Position numbers and translations under genes: made by a program. A stretch of DNA of 64,000 bases, from the NCBI GenBank assembly GCA_030390025.1, contig CM059432.1:2728001-2792000 (forward strand), given 5' to 3'. Positions 50,633 through 62,372 of this stretch are shown here, in pieces. Under the pieces are notes generated by a model. That model had not been told where the DNA came from and searched no databases. It saw nothing but the letters and a program-made list of their open reading frames with translations. The first letter of the stretch is position 1. The number at the start of each line of letters is the position of its first letter. Origin of the DNA: Squalus acanthias. Its lineage: Eukaryota.

Positions 50633-52237
50633 GGTGCTGGTTCTTTTCAGGGTGAGATTGCTGTAGGCCTTTCAGTGCAGTTATTAAGGGCAAGTACAAC
50701 TGATGGGAATGAGGCATTCTGTTACTTGCATGGGGTAGTTGTACTGTTACGGAATCCATGCCCAGAAAGAAGTGCAGTGAGCCAGGGTTCCGCTTGTGTC
50801 GACTCTCTGCTCCCCTCAAGCGAGAGCTGCTCTCTGTTTATCTGTTGTATTTGGAGACTGACACACGGAGGAGGAGATTAGGTAATTTATCTTGAAGTTC
50901 AGCAACCATTATTCCGTGAATAACTGGTCTCAAATCTCGTTTGTCCAACCTTCCTCTCTGAGCAGGTGGTTTATCTCCACTACAAGTCATCCGTCCATAG
51001 ACGTGGCTGGAAACACAAAGGAAGCAGGGTGATCTGTAAATAAATGATTGTGTTATTTACTTTTGCCTCTGCCAGATGTAATCTCCTTTTGGTTCACTCT
51101 TTATGGATCACGTACTAATATCTAGAACAGATACACTGCAGATAATAGCGGGTGCATCCTTTTTAATATAATGGAGGGAAAGGTGATCAGATCTGCCCAA
51201 ATTTCTGCAAGAGAGTGGCATCCTTGTCATTCTCTTCCCAAACACCCCCACCCCCCCCCCCCCCCCCCCAAACCAGGCTTAGATGGGTGAAAGAACACAG
51301 CATTGCTGCACTTGAGAGAGCGGCACCCAAAATTCCCCTGCACATCCTCTCCACTGGCAGCAGGAAGATCACCGGGACTCATCTAGGGTCAGGCGCCGAT
51401 CTCGGGGCCAAAGTTGCGGCTGCCGGTTGGGAGAACGCGCGAGGAAATTCCCAGCGTAATTGCTTGAACAGTGCAGAGCAACTAAAAAATAAATATAATA
51501 AATGTTAGTGCAGCGTTTGCACGAGCTTTCGACGAATGAAATGCCGGGAGGAAGAAGCCTTCGTGAGCTTGGATGTCGCCTTCAACGTCTCTCGGGGAGA
51601 CGCGTTGAGCAGACGAGCGCCGGAACGTGTCTGGATCTTTTCGCGTGTCACCTCACGCCCCAGCCCCGCCCCACTGCATCCACCAGACTGAGTACAGAAA
51701 CGTGTTTCCAAAATACAACTTGTTCACCTGGAAAGGATATCCTCGTGCAATGTCCATTTTGACATTTCTTTCTCTGCCATTCCCAGTCGGGGTTTTGTTT
51801 TTCCCCCTCCCCCATTGCTCTATCTTCAGGCAAACCTGTCTTAACTTGGAAAGGAAAAAAAGGCTGCTCCATCATGTTCAAGCACGGTGGTAACATGATG
51901 TTCGAATCATTATTCAGCCACTTTAACACATCCAGTGACACGTTGTTGAGGGTTTCACACACCCGCCCCCCCCCCAGTCAAGAGCAGGCGGATTTTTTTT
52001 AAATAATAAAAGCTCTGCTCATGGGGATAGTCTGCGATTTAAAAAAATATATATATAATTTTGAAGCCATTTTGAGTAACATATAAAGATTAAGTGATTT
52101 TGTTTCCTATAATGTAAAGATGGGTAAATGCGGAATAGTTTGCGTGCCACTTGCAACTTTTAGGGAGTGGGAGAGGGTACATGGAAAGTAATGCTGGGCC
52201 ATATAATGTCGCCTGCATTTTGGAAGCACGTCAAGAG

Positions 52238-52378
52238 CAATGTTCCCTGCAATTTCTCTCGGCGCTGTGAGGCCGCTTTAAGGGGCTGCGCCGGCCATTC
52301 GGAATACTGCGCACGGGTGGGGGGGGGGTTTGTATTGAAAAGCCGGCTGCGTGGCCGCGCGGCTTAAAGGGGACGTTG
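52238..52378 (+). mobile_element. hAT-type MITE inside the putative 3' UTR
   Basis: TIRs caatgttccc / ggggacgttg; TSD gtcaagag / gttaagag. Confidence 0.85.
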
Positions 52379-52687
52379 GTTAAGAGCACCTTTTGTTTGG
52401 TTGAGCCTCGTAAAACTGGGCATTGGCCCAGTGAGTAGTAAAATGAAATGTGAGCCAAAGTTATATATATATATAAAAAGAAAATATATGTTTGGACCCA
52501 TGTGCATTATGACTGGTATCAGATTCCTTTATTTGTACATAAGCTTCCAAACAGCACGTGCTGTGTGAGCATATTATTTTTATTAAGTGATGTGTATATA
52601 AGCTACATTTCTTCTTGATAACTATAGTTACGTTGGGGCTTTGTACCTATTTTGTATAAAATTTTCTTTATTTTCAGATGCCCCTAT

Positions 52688-52693
52688 ATTAAA
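52688..52693 (+). promoter_or_regulatory. Candidate distal polyadenylation signal (ATTAAA)
   Basis: Ends a TGTA-rich, U-rich block typical of vertebrate mRNA 3' ends. Confidence 0.4.
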
Positions 52694-52877
52694 GTAATCT
52701 TTATTGGACATTTGAAAGAATGTTAAGTATATATATATATATATGGTTTTGCATATAAACTTCAAAAAATCATAAAAATGATGAGAAATAATATGGTTAT
52801 ACTGATATTTTTGTCAATGGATTTCAAAATACTCTTTTTTTAGTTAATTCATTTGTACATGGAAACTTGCATAAGGA

Positions 52878-53820
52878 GTCAGTGGGTAGCACACTCGCCT
52901 CTGAGTCAGAAGGTTGTGGGTTCAAGTCCCACTCCAGAGACTTGAGCACAAAAATCTAGGCCAACACTCCCAGAGCAGTACTGAGGGAGCGCCGCACAGT
53001 CAGAGGTGCCGCCTTTTGGACGAGACGTTAAACCGCGGCCCCCTCTGTTCTCCCCTATGAAGGTCTCCTTTTAGGTCTCCTTACCCAAGGAAGGATATAC
53101 TTGCCTTGGAGGCGGTGCAACGAAGGTTCACTAGATTGATCCCTGGGATGAGAGGGTTGTCCCGTGAGGAGAGATTTAGTAGATTGGGCCGATACTTTCT
53201 GGAGTTTAGAAGAGCCACTCCAGAGAAACGTATAAAATTCGTGACAAGGTAGATGCTGGCTGTTTCTCCTGGCTGGAGAGTCTAGAACTAAGGGCCATAG
53301 TCTCAGGATAAGGGGTCTGCCATTTAGGGCTGAGATGAGGAGAAATCTCTTCACTAGGGATTGTGAATCTTTGGAATTCTCCACCCCAAAGTGCTGTGGA
53401 TGCTCAGTTGTTGAGTATATACAAGACTGAGACAGATAGATCTTTGGACACTAAGGGAATCAAGGGATATGGGGATCGAGCGGGAAAGTGGAGTTGAGGT
53501 CGAAGATCAGCCATGATCTTATTGAATGGCGGAGCAGGCTCGAGGGGCCGGATGGCCGACTCCTGGTTCTTGCGTAAGGGATCCTGTGGCACTGTTCGAA
53601 GAAATGCAAGAATGTGTTCTCTCTGGTGTCCTGATCAACCCTTGTTTCTCAACCAAAATCACCAGAACAAATGATCTGGTCTTTAACTCATTGATGTTTA
53701 TGGGGCCTTGCTGTGCGCAAATTGGCTGCCACATTTCTGTACATTACAACAGCGACTACACTTCAAAACAAGTAATTCATTGGCTTTAAAAGCGCTTCTG
53801 GATGTCCTGGGATCGTGAAA
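52878..53820 (+). mobile_element. DeuSINE sequence flanking a CR1 3' part (about 53070-53570)
   Basis: SINE head at 52878-53050, CR1 in the middle, SINE core and tail from about 53575. Confidence 0.78.
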
Positions 53821-53851
53821 CAGTGCTGCAAGAGCAATTTCGTTCTCACTG

Positions 53852-54092
53852 AACAACTTGTATTTATATAGCGCCTTTAACATAGTAAAACGTCCCAAGG
53901 CGCTTCACAGGAGCGATTATCAAACAAAAATTTGACACCGAGCCACATGAGGAGATATTAGGACAGATGACCAAAAGCTTGGTCAAAGAGGTAGATTTTA
54001 AGGAGCGTCTTAAAAGAGGTGGAGAGGTTTAGGGAGGGAATTCCAGAGCTTAGGGCCCAGGCAGCTGAAGGCACGGCCGCCAATGGTGGAGT
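53852..54092 (-). mobile_element. L2 LINE 3' end
   Basis: Same family as 10078-10492. Confidence 0.85.
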
Positions 54093-55097
54093 GATTTTAG
54101 CCCCAGGTTTTATATGTGGCTGTGATTATATTGAGAACAATTTATGTTGCAGTTCTGTGGTTCAGTTTCCTTTTATTAAAAAAAAATGTCAATTGTCTTC
54201 CTTTAATACAGTGTGTGTACAAAATAAATTTAAATGGACTTCTTTGGCAAGTGAATCTTAGCTGCAAAATATTTTGGTGTCCAATTACTAGATTGCCAAA
54301 GTAATCCGAGGTTCTGTAATAGAAGGAATTATTTACATGCAAAAAAGACACCCCTTATTGGCATGTGGCAATCCAGGGATTGTTTTTTGCTAATACTGTA
54401 CAGACTCTGCAATATTTGAGTCATTTAGTGAACCTTGAAAGCTACAGTAACGTGACATTAATTTTACCCTTAAACATTTTGCTTCTGCCATGTTGGATTT
54501 ATTTAACAAAACATCTGACCTTTCCGTCCAGCCCCACTGCGAGCTCGGCTGGAGAAACCTAGTTTTAATGACTTTCACGCTACTTTATGCATTTTAAAAT
54601 GGAATCATACAGCACAGGAGGAGGCCATTCGGCCCATCGTGCCTGTGCCGGCTCTTTGAAAAAGCTCTCCAATTAGTCCCACTGCCCCCCCCCCCCCCTG
54701 CTCTCTTCTCCCCATACTAGTTCATACAAAGTTTAAACCAGTCAGTAGGTGTATGTAATATATTTTGTTAACTCTGCGGTTCTTGCAGGGCATGTCACTT
54801 CAGCCTGAGGAATCTCCTAGAGGGTTATGGTATTTTGTGGTTGGTCTGGAGCGAGAGGGGCAGCAGCTTTTGATTGGCAGCTTATGCCAGTTTCTTATTC
54901 GTTCACGGGATGTGGGCGTCGCTGGCAAGGTCGGCATTTATTGCCCGTCCCTAATTGCCCTTGAGAACAACAACTTGTATTTATACAGCGCCTTTAACGT
55001 AGTAAAACGTCCCAAGGCGCTTCACAGGAGTGTTAACAAAACAATATTTGACACCGAGCCACATAAGGAGAAATTAGGGCAGGTGACCAAAAGCTTG

Positions 55098-55567
55098 AAA
55101 GAAAGAAAAACTTGCATTTCTCCAGCGCCTTTCAGGACCACTGGACGTCTCAAAGCGCTTTACAGCCAATGAATTACTTTTGAAGTGTAGTCACTGTTGT
55201 AATGTGGGAAACACAGCAGCCACTTTGCGCACAGCAAGCTCTCACAAACAGCAATGTGAAAATGACCAGATAATCTTTTTTTTAGTGATGTTGATCGAGG
55301 GATAAATATTGGCCAGGACACCGGGGAGAACTCCCCTGCTCTTCTTCGAAATAGTGGCCATGGGATCCTTTACGTCCACCTGAGAGAGCAGACGGGGCCT
55401 CGGTTTAACGTCTCATCCGAAAGACGCCACCTCCGACAGTGCAGCCTTCCCTCAGCACTGCACAGGGAGTGTCAGCCTAGATTTTTGTGCTCAAGTCTCT
55501 GGAGTGGGTCTTGAACCCACAACCTTCTGACTCAGGCGAGTGTGCTACCCACTGAGCCACAGCTGAC
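55098..55567 (-). mobile_element. Full-length DeuSINE nested in an L2 tail
   Basis: L2 sequence at 54966-55097 resumes at 55568. Confidence 0.9.
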
Positions 55568-55659
55568 AGAGGTAGGTTTTAAGGAGTGACTTAAAGGAGG
55601 AAAGGGAGGTGGAGAGGTTTAGGAAGGGAATTCCAGAGCCTGGGACCCAGGCAGATAAA

Positions 55660-57025
55660 GGCACAAGGACCCCCAGGTCCCTCTGAACTGTAGCATTTTG
55701 TAATCTCTCCATTTAAATAATAATTTGCTTTTTTATTTTTCTTAGCAAAGTGGATAACCTCACACTTTCCCACAATATACTCCATCTGCCAAATGTTTGC
55801 CCGCTCACCTAACCTGTCTATATCCCTTTGCAGATTCTTTGAGTCCTCTGCACAACTTGCTTTCCCACCCATCTTTGTATCATCTGCAAACTTGGCTACA
55901 TTACACTCGGTCCCTTCATCCAAGTCATTAATGTAGATTGTAAATAGTTGGGGCCCCAGCACCGATCCTTGTGGCACCCCACTAGTTACCGTTTGCCAAC
56001 CAGAAAATGACCCATTTATCCCGACTCTGCTTTCTGTTAGTTAGCCAATTCTCTGTCCATGCTAATATATTACCCCCAACTCCGTGAGCTCTTATGCAGT
56101 AACCTTTTATGTGGCACCTTATCGAATGCCTTCTGGAAATCCAAATACACCACATCCACTGGCTCACCCTTGTCCACCCTGCTTGTTACATCCTCAAAGA
56201 AATCCAGCAAATTTGTTAAACATGATTTCCCTTTCCTAAAACCATGCTGACTCTGTTTGACTGCAGTATGTTTTTCTAAATGCCCTGCTACTGCTTCCTT
56301 AATGAAGGACTCCAGCATTTTCCCAACGACAGATATTAGGCTAACTGGTCTATAGTTTCCTGCTTTCTGTCTCCCTCCTTTCTTAAATAGGGGTGTTACA
56401 TTAGCGGTTTTCCAATCCGCTGGGACACCTCCAGAGTCCAGGGAATTTTGGTATATTGCAACCAATGCATCCACTATCTCTGCAGCCACTTCTTTTAAGA
56501 CCCTGGGACGCAGGCCATCTGGTCCAGGGGACTTGTCGTCTTTTAGTCCCATTATTTTGCCGAGTACTATTTCCTAAGTGATCGTGATTGTCTTTATTTC
56601 CCCATTACCTGTGGCCCCTTGATTATCCATTATTGGGATGTTGTTAGTGTCTTCTACAGTGAAGACAGATGCAAAATATTTGTTCAGAGTCTCTGCCATT
56701 TCTCCGTTCCCCATTATTAATTCCCCAGTCTCATCCCAGTCTCATCCTCTAAGGGACCAACATTTACTTTAGCTACCCTCTTCCTTTTTATATACCTGTA
56801 GAAGCTCTTACTATCTGTTTTAATGTTTCTTGCCAGCTTACTCTCGTAATTCATCTTCTCTCTCTTTATTTTTTAGGTCATCCTTTGCTGGTTTTTAAAA
56901 ATTTCCCAATCCTCTGGTCTCCCACCAATCTTGGCAACATTGTATGCCTTTGTTTTCAATTTGATGCCATCCCTTACTTCCTTAGTTAGCCACGGATTGT
57001 GCTCCCTTCTCTTAAAATCTTTCTT
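55660..57025 (-). mobile_element. CR1 LINE, linker and RT region, lacking its 3' end
   Basis: KSPGPDG, DWKTANVTPLFKKG, DFQKAFDKVPH, PQGSVLGP, FADD. Confidence 0.95.
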
Positions 57026-57314
57026 TGATGCATACAAAAGAATCTCAACCACACTCTCTGGTAAAATACTTGGACAAGCGCTCGGTTACACTGGAGCAAT
57101 TAAAATTGTTATGTTCTGAGAAAATTCTGAGGATGTAGATGGAGCGCAGTATAATTCAAATGTAGAACAAGACAACTGCACAATATCCTGACTCTAGACC
57201 CGGTATTTTATTATTGCCAGATTTACCAGTGCCACCACTGAGGAAATATCAATGGTATTTCTGTTGAAAATCCTGTTTGTTCCATTTGATGTTTAGTTGC
57301 AACCAGTATTATAT

Positions 57315-57682
57315 GGTGTATAAAATTATATGGGGCCTAGATAGAGTGGGTAGGAAGGACATATTTCCCCTTAGCAGAGCGGTCAATAACCAAGGGGCAT
57401 AGATTTAAAGTAATTGGTAGAAGGATTAGAGGGGAGTCGAGGAGAACTTTTTTCACCCAGAGGGTGGTGGGGGGTCTGGAACTTACTGCCTGAAAGGGTG
57501 GTAGAGGCAGAAATCCTCATCGTATTTAAAAAGTACTTGGATATGCGCTTGAAGTGCTGTAACATACAGGGCTATGGACCAAGAGCTGGAAAGTGGGATT
57601 AGGCTGGATAGCTCTTTGTCGGCCGGCGCAGACACGATGGGCTGAATGGCCTCCTTCTGTGCTGTAAATTTCTATGATTCTA
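57315..57682 (+). mobile_element. CR1 LINE 3' end
   Basis: WNLLPERVVEAE...FKKYLD followed by the tail. Confidence 0.87.
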
Positions 57683-58018
57683 TTAACCATGGCTTTAAAC
57701 GTGTGTCACTAACCACTTGCCAAGTTCCGTGTGCAAATAAAAAAGATACAAGTAGAAGTGTTGGAAGGAGAGAGGAGCTCCCTTGCTCCCCTCTCGCAGA
57801 ATTCTGTGTCACTGAGGGACTTCTAACTAGTTGAAATATGTTTGGCAATAATCCCAAGTCCCTTCGAGTGCATTGCCGGATAACCAATAACGACGGGATC
57901 TCCTGGGCTCAATCTGCTATAAAAAGCAGCATGCATTATCACACATACGTGGATAAGCAACCTAATTTTCTCCCAGCACATCATCAGCAGACTCCATTAG
58001 GGTATTGATACGTTTTAA

Positions 58019-58455
58019 GTGTCAGCTGTGGCTCAGTGGGTAGCACTCTCACCTCTGAGTCAGAAGGTTGTGGGTTCAAGTCCCATTCTGGAGACTTGAG
58101 CACAAAAATCTAGGCTGACACTCCCAGTGCAGTGCTGAGGGAGTGCCGCACTGTCAGAGGTGCCGTCTTTCGGATGAGATGTTAAACCAAGGAAGGCCCC
58201 GTCTGCTCTCTCAGGTGGACGTAAAAGATCCCATGGCACTATTTCGAAGAAGAGCAGGGGAGTCATCCCCGGTGTCCTGGCCAATATTTCTCCCTCAACC
58301 AACATAACAAAAACAGAATATTTGGTCATTATCGTACTGCTGTTTGTGGGAGCTTGCTGTGCGCAAATTGGCTGCCGCGAATCCCACATTACAACAGTGA
58401 CTACACTTCAAAAGTACTTCATTGGCTGTAAAGCGCTATATAAATGCAAGTCTTT
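58019..58455 (+). mobile_element. DeuSINE, near full length
   Basis: A box tggctcagtggg, B box gggttcaagtccc, Deu-like core, tail gcgctatataaatgcaagtc. Confidence 0.9.
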
Positions 58456-58591
58456 TTTCTTTATTCCTTACTTGACTAACAAGAATTAGGAGCAGGAGTA
58501 GGCCGTACAGCCCTACGAGCATGTTCCGCCATCCAATAAGATCATGGTTGATCTTTGACCTCAACTCCGCTTTCCCGCCCGATCCCCAATC

Positions 58592-59000
58592 GCTGACTTA
58601 CCGGTTAAGCAACGCCTCGATTTTAAAATTTTCATCCTTGTTTTCAAATCCCTCCCTACCTCTGTAACCTCCTCCAGCCCTGCAACCCTCCACGATCTCT
58701 GCGTTCCTCCAGTTCTGGCCTCTTGCCCATCCCCGATTTTAATCGCGCCACCATTGGCGGCCGTGCCTTCAGCTGCCTGGGCCCTAAGCTCTGGAATTCC
58801 CTCCCTAAACCTCCGCGCCTCCTCCTCTCTCTCCTCCTTTAAGATGCTCCTTAAAACCTCCCTCTTTGACCAAGCTTTTGGTCACCTGTCCTAATGTCTC
58901 CTTATGTGGCTCGGTGTCAAATTTTCTTTGATAATCGCTCCTGTGAAGCGCCTTGGGCCGTTTTACTACGTTAAAGGCGCTATATAAATGCGAGTTGTTT
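58592..59000 (+). mobile_element. L2 LINE 3' end
   Basis: Encodes the IGGRAFSCLGPKLWNSLP region, followed by the tail. Confidence 0.87.
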
Positions 59001-60102
59001 TGCAATCATACGCTCCTGGAGCAGATCTTTCGGTTCCTTCCTCTGTCCTGGACTAAGTTTGAGGAGCTGCAGAGTCTAGTTTTCTTGTGCTTCCTCGATT
59101 CGAGTCCTGGTGTTATGTTTGGGACTGATTAACTTGTGCAAGAATTATTTATGACTTTCACACCTTCCACATTGGATGTTAAGAGTGGGGTTCGAGGCCC
59201 TGAATCCGCCGTAACAGAAATGCACGGATACACTCTCTCTCACAGAGATTATCTTTATTTAACCACTAATACACGGATTAAATAAACACAACTAGATCTG
59301 TCCTGGAGTCTTCAAATTGGCCAAACCGGCGATCACTCAAAGTCTGTGGAATCTTTAGATGTTTTCTTTCGGTTAGACTCAGACACATCTGTCCTAGCCG
59401 ACTGCAGTGATAAAACTAGATATCGTATTACATCTTATTCTTTGTGTCCACACTTCCTTGGTGATGCTCGTATGCACATCTCAACGATTGGCTCCTTCAG
59501 GCGTGCCTAGATCACTTGTTCATGGTTGGTTCAAAGCTTAGTGGTGTTACTTCATCATATGTGTCACTTGCTGCTTAATGGTGTCTCATTTCAAGACTGT
59601 ACCAGTTAGTTCTGCTGATTCCATAGCAACATATAAGATTCTGAGGGGGCTTGACAGGTTCGATGCTGAGAGGTTGTTTCCCCTGGTTGGAGAGTCTAGA
59701 ACTAGGGGGCATAGTCTCAGGATAAGGGGTCGGCCATTTAGGACTGAGATGAGGAGGAGATTTCTTCACTCAGAGGGTTGTGAATGCTGAAGTGACCTTG
59801 TGGGATGGGTGGATTTCAGTTGCAACTTCAGCAACATTGCATAATGCGGGAGCCACTGTCGGGGGGAGGATTCCTGCTCGGTCCTTTCGTGGAGAAATAG
59901 CTTCAATCTGCAGATGTATTTAACGTGGAATAGCTGTTGTAGAATTCTCTCTGGCAACCCATTGGTCACCATAACAGCCCACTACACCCCAACCAATCCA
60001 GATGCAGAAATATTGAAGTTTTTGAAGCATTGTGTATGACAACAGCATCCATCCCACCTCATCACTCATTATTGGAGGTGGTACTTCAAAAAAGAAAAGG
60101 GA

Positions 60103-60560
60103 AGACTTGCATTTCTATAGCACCTTTCACGACCACCGGACGTCCCAAAGCACTTTACAGCCAATGAAGTACTTTTTGAAGTGGAGTCACTGTTGTAATG
60201 TAGGAAACGCGGCAGACAATTTGTGCACAGCAAGCTCCCACAAACCGCAGTGTGATAATGACCAGAATATCTGTTTTAGTGATGTTGATTGAGGGATAAA
60301 TATTGGCCCCAGGACATCGGGGAGAACTCCCCTGCTCTTCTTCGAAATAGTGGCCATGGGATCTTTTACATCCACCTGAGAGGGCAGACGGTTTAACGTC
60401 TCATCCGAAAGACGGCACCTCTGACAGTGCAGCACTCCCTCAGCACTGCACTGGGAGTGTCAGCCTAGATTTTTGTGCTTGTGTGTCGTGGAGCAGGACT
60501 TGAACCCACGACCTTCCTGTCTCAGGCGAGTGTGCTACCCACTGAGCCACGGCTGACACT
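60103..60560 (-). mobile_element. DeuSINE, near full length
   Basis: Head, core and tail on the reverse strand. Confidence 0.9.
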
Positions 60561-60682
60561 AAGGCAAAAGTATTTCATTGGCCATAATGCGCTTTGAGAC
60601 GTCCTGAGGTAGTGAAAGGCGCTGTAGAAATGCAAGTTCTTTCTTTTATATGAACGCAAGGCTGAATAAAGAAATAGTCTAC

Positions 60683-61060
60683 TATTCATTTCATGATTCA
60701 AAGGGAAAGAGAGAATTACTTCTACATTACAACATGGAATTTGACCTCTGGTCCACAAATAATGACTTTGCAAAAGAAAGAGGGAAGACTTTGGGCGTAT
60801 AAATCCCAAAATGGTAAGAAAGCCCAGCTAGATTACATCCCATTATGTAAAAACAGTGTCTGCAATGGACAACTCATTTAATACGGTGAGGTCAGCCCAC
60901 AGTATTTTGACATTCACCATAAGTCTTAGCTTAAGGGCTCCAAGAGCAGGCAGCAGAGGGCCGGGCAGAAATTTAGATTAGCGTAGATTGAATAAGGATG
61001 ATAACATGAAAAGCCGATTCACTATCAAAGTCTTGAGCAGATTTGCAGAACGCGAAAGAG
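60683..61060 (+). mobile_element. Decayed RTE-clade LINE endonuclease fragment
   Basis: Frameshifted YSFHDS..ELLLHYNMEFDLWSTN / QKKEGRLWAYKSQNGKKAQLDYI / KNSV / SFNTVRSAHSILTFTISLSLRAP / RFTIKVLSRF follows the RTE APE pattern (WTxxSPNGxxxQIDYI...SDH). Confidence 0.68.
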
Positions 61061-61244
61061 CAAACCACCGTCAGAAAAATGCTCGCTCCCAGTAAAAGCT
61101 GTAGCTGCAACACCACCAAAGATAATCCCCAAGAAAGGGAGCCTGAAGAGAGCCAATCTAAAATACCACCCCCTAGTGATAATATGGCAGCAATAGTATG
61201 ATCTCCAGATGGTGGTGGTCTTTTCAAAGGAAGACTTGCATTTA

Positions 61245-61530
61245 CCTGCGGCCGCTACCACCTAGAAGGACAAGGGCAGCAGGCGTATGCAAGTTCCCCT
61301 CCAAGTCACACACCATCCTGACTTGGAAATATATCGGCCGTTCCTTCATCGTTGCTGGGTCAGAATCCTGGAACTCCCTCCCTAACAGCACTGTGGGAGC
61401 ACCTTCACCACACGGACTGCAGCGGTTCAAGAAGGCGGCTCACCACCACCTTCTCGAGGGCAATTAGGGATGGGCAATAAATGCCGGCCTTGCCGGCAAC
61501 GCCCACATCCCGTGAACAAATTTTTAAAAA
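61245..61530 (+). mobile_element. LINE family 3, 3' end
   Basis: WNSLPNSTVGAPSPHGLQRFKKAAHHHLLEGN followed by the tail. Confidence 0.88.
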
Positions 61531-61569
61531 ATTTATATCGCCTTTTCACGACCTGGCCTCAGACAGAAA

Positions 61570-61978
61570 TGTTGCGGCTTCAAGCCCCACTCCGGAAATT
61601 GTAGCATATAATCCAGGCTGACACTCCAGTGCAGTACTGAGGGAGCGCTGCACTGTTGGAGGGGCCGTCTTTCAGATAAACCGTTAAACCGAGGCCCCCG
61701 TCTGCTCTCTCGGGTGAATGTAAACAATCCCACGGCCACTATTTCGAAAAAGAGCAGGGGAGTTCTCCCCGGTGTCCTGGCCAATAAATATCCCTCGACC
61801 AACATCGCTAAAAAAAAATCATCCCGTCATTTATCGCATTGCTGTTTGTGGGATCTTGCTGTGCACGAATTAACTGCTGCGTTTCCTACAATTCCTACTT
61901 CAAAAAGTACTTCATTGGCTGTAAAGCGCTTTAGGACGTCCTGAGGTCATGAAAGGTCATATATAAAATGTAAGTTTT
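61570..61978 (+). mobile_element. DeuSINE
   Basis: B box, core and tail present. Confidence 0.82.
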
Positions 61979-61989
61979 TCTTTCTAAAA

Positions 61990-62372
61990 TTTCCCTTTTT
62001 GAGTAACTATCTAGTTTGCTTTTGGATAATTTTTCTAGGCTTTGCTTCAACAATGGTTTGTGACAGAGGATTCCACATTCCAACCACCCTAATCCTTTAA
62101 ATCTTTTTGTGATTATCTTAAATGTGTGCCCTTTCATTACCAGATCACTGATCAGTGGGAACAATCTAACACTACTTACCTTATAACCTTTCGTAATCTT
62201 GAAGACCTCGATCAGGTCACCCCTTAACCTTCTTAGCTGCAGGGGAAAAGTTCCTAACTTCTCAACTCCCTTTTCATAACTGTAATCTGCCAACCCTGGC
62301 GACATCCCATACATATCCATTGCTTTCATATCCTTTCTATCAGGAACTGCCCATAACTGCATGGAACACTCT
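61990..62372 (-). mobile_element. Old CR1 3' part
   Basis: LRRLRGDLIEVFKITKG...KGHTFKI. Confidence 0.8.

Larger units (their letters stand above)
48794..52715 (+). other. Putative long 3' UTR of the TAF4-family gene
   Basis: Follows the stop codon; AU-rich and largely free of LINEs. AATAAA at 51039, 51488, 51497 and 52005, ATTAAA at 52688. Dense repeats resume at about 52880. The end point is inferred. Confidence 0.55.

Noticed and set aside
58019..58095. tRNA genes
   Set aside because: The A/B-box segments run directly into SINE bodies in every copy, so they are SINE heads.
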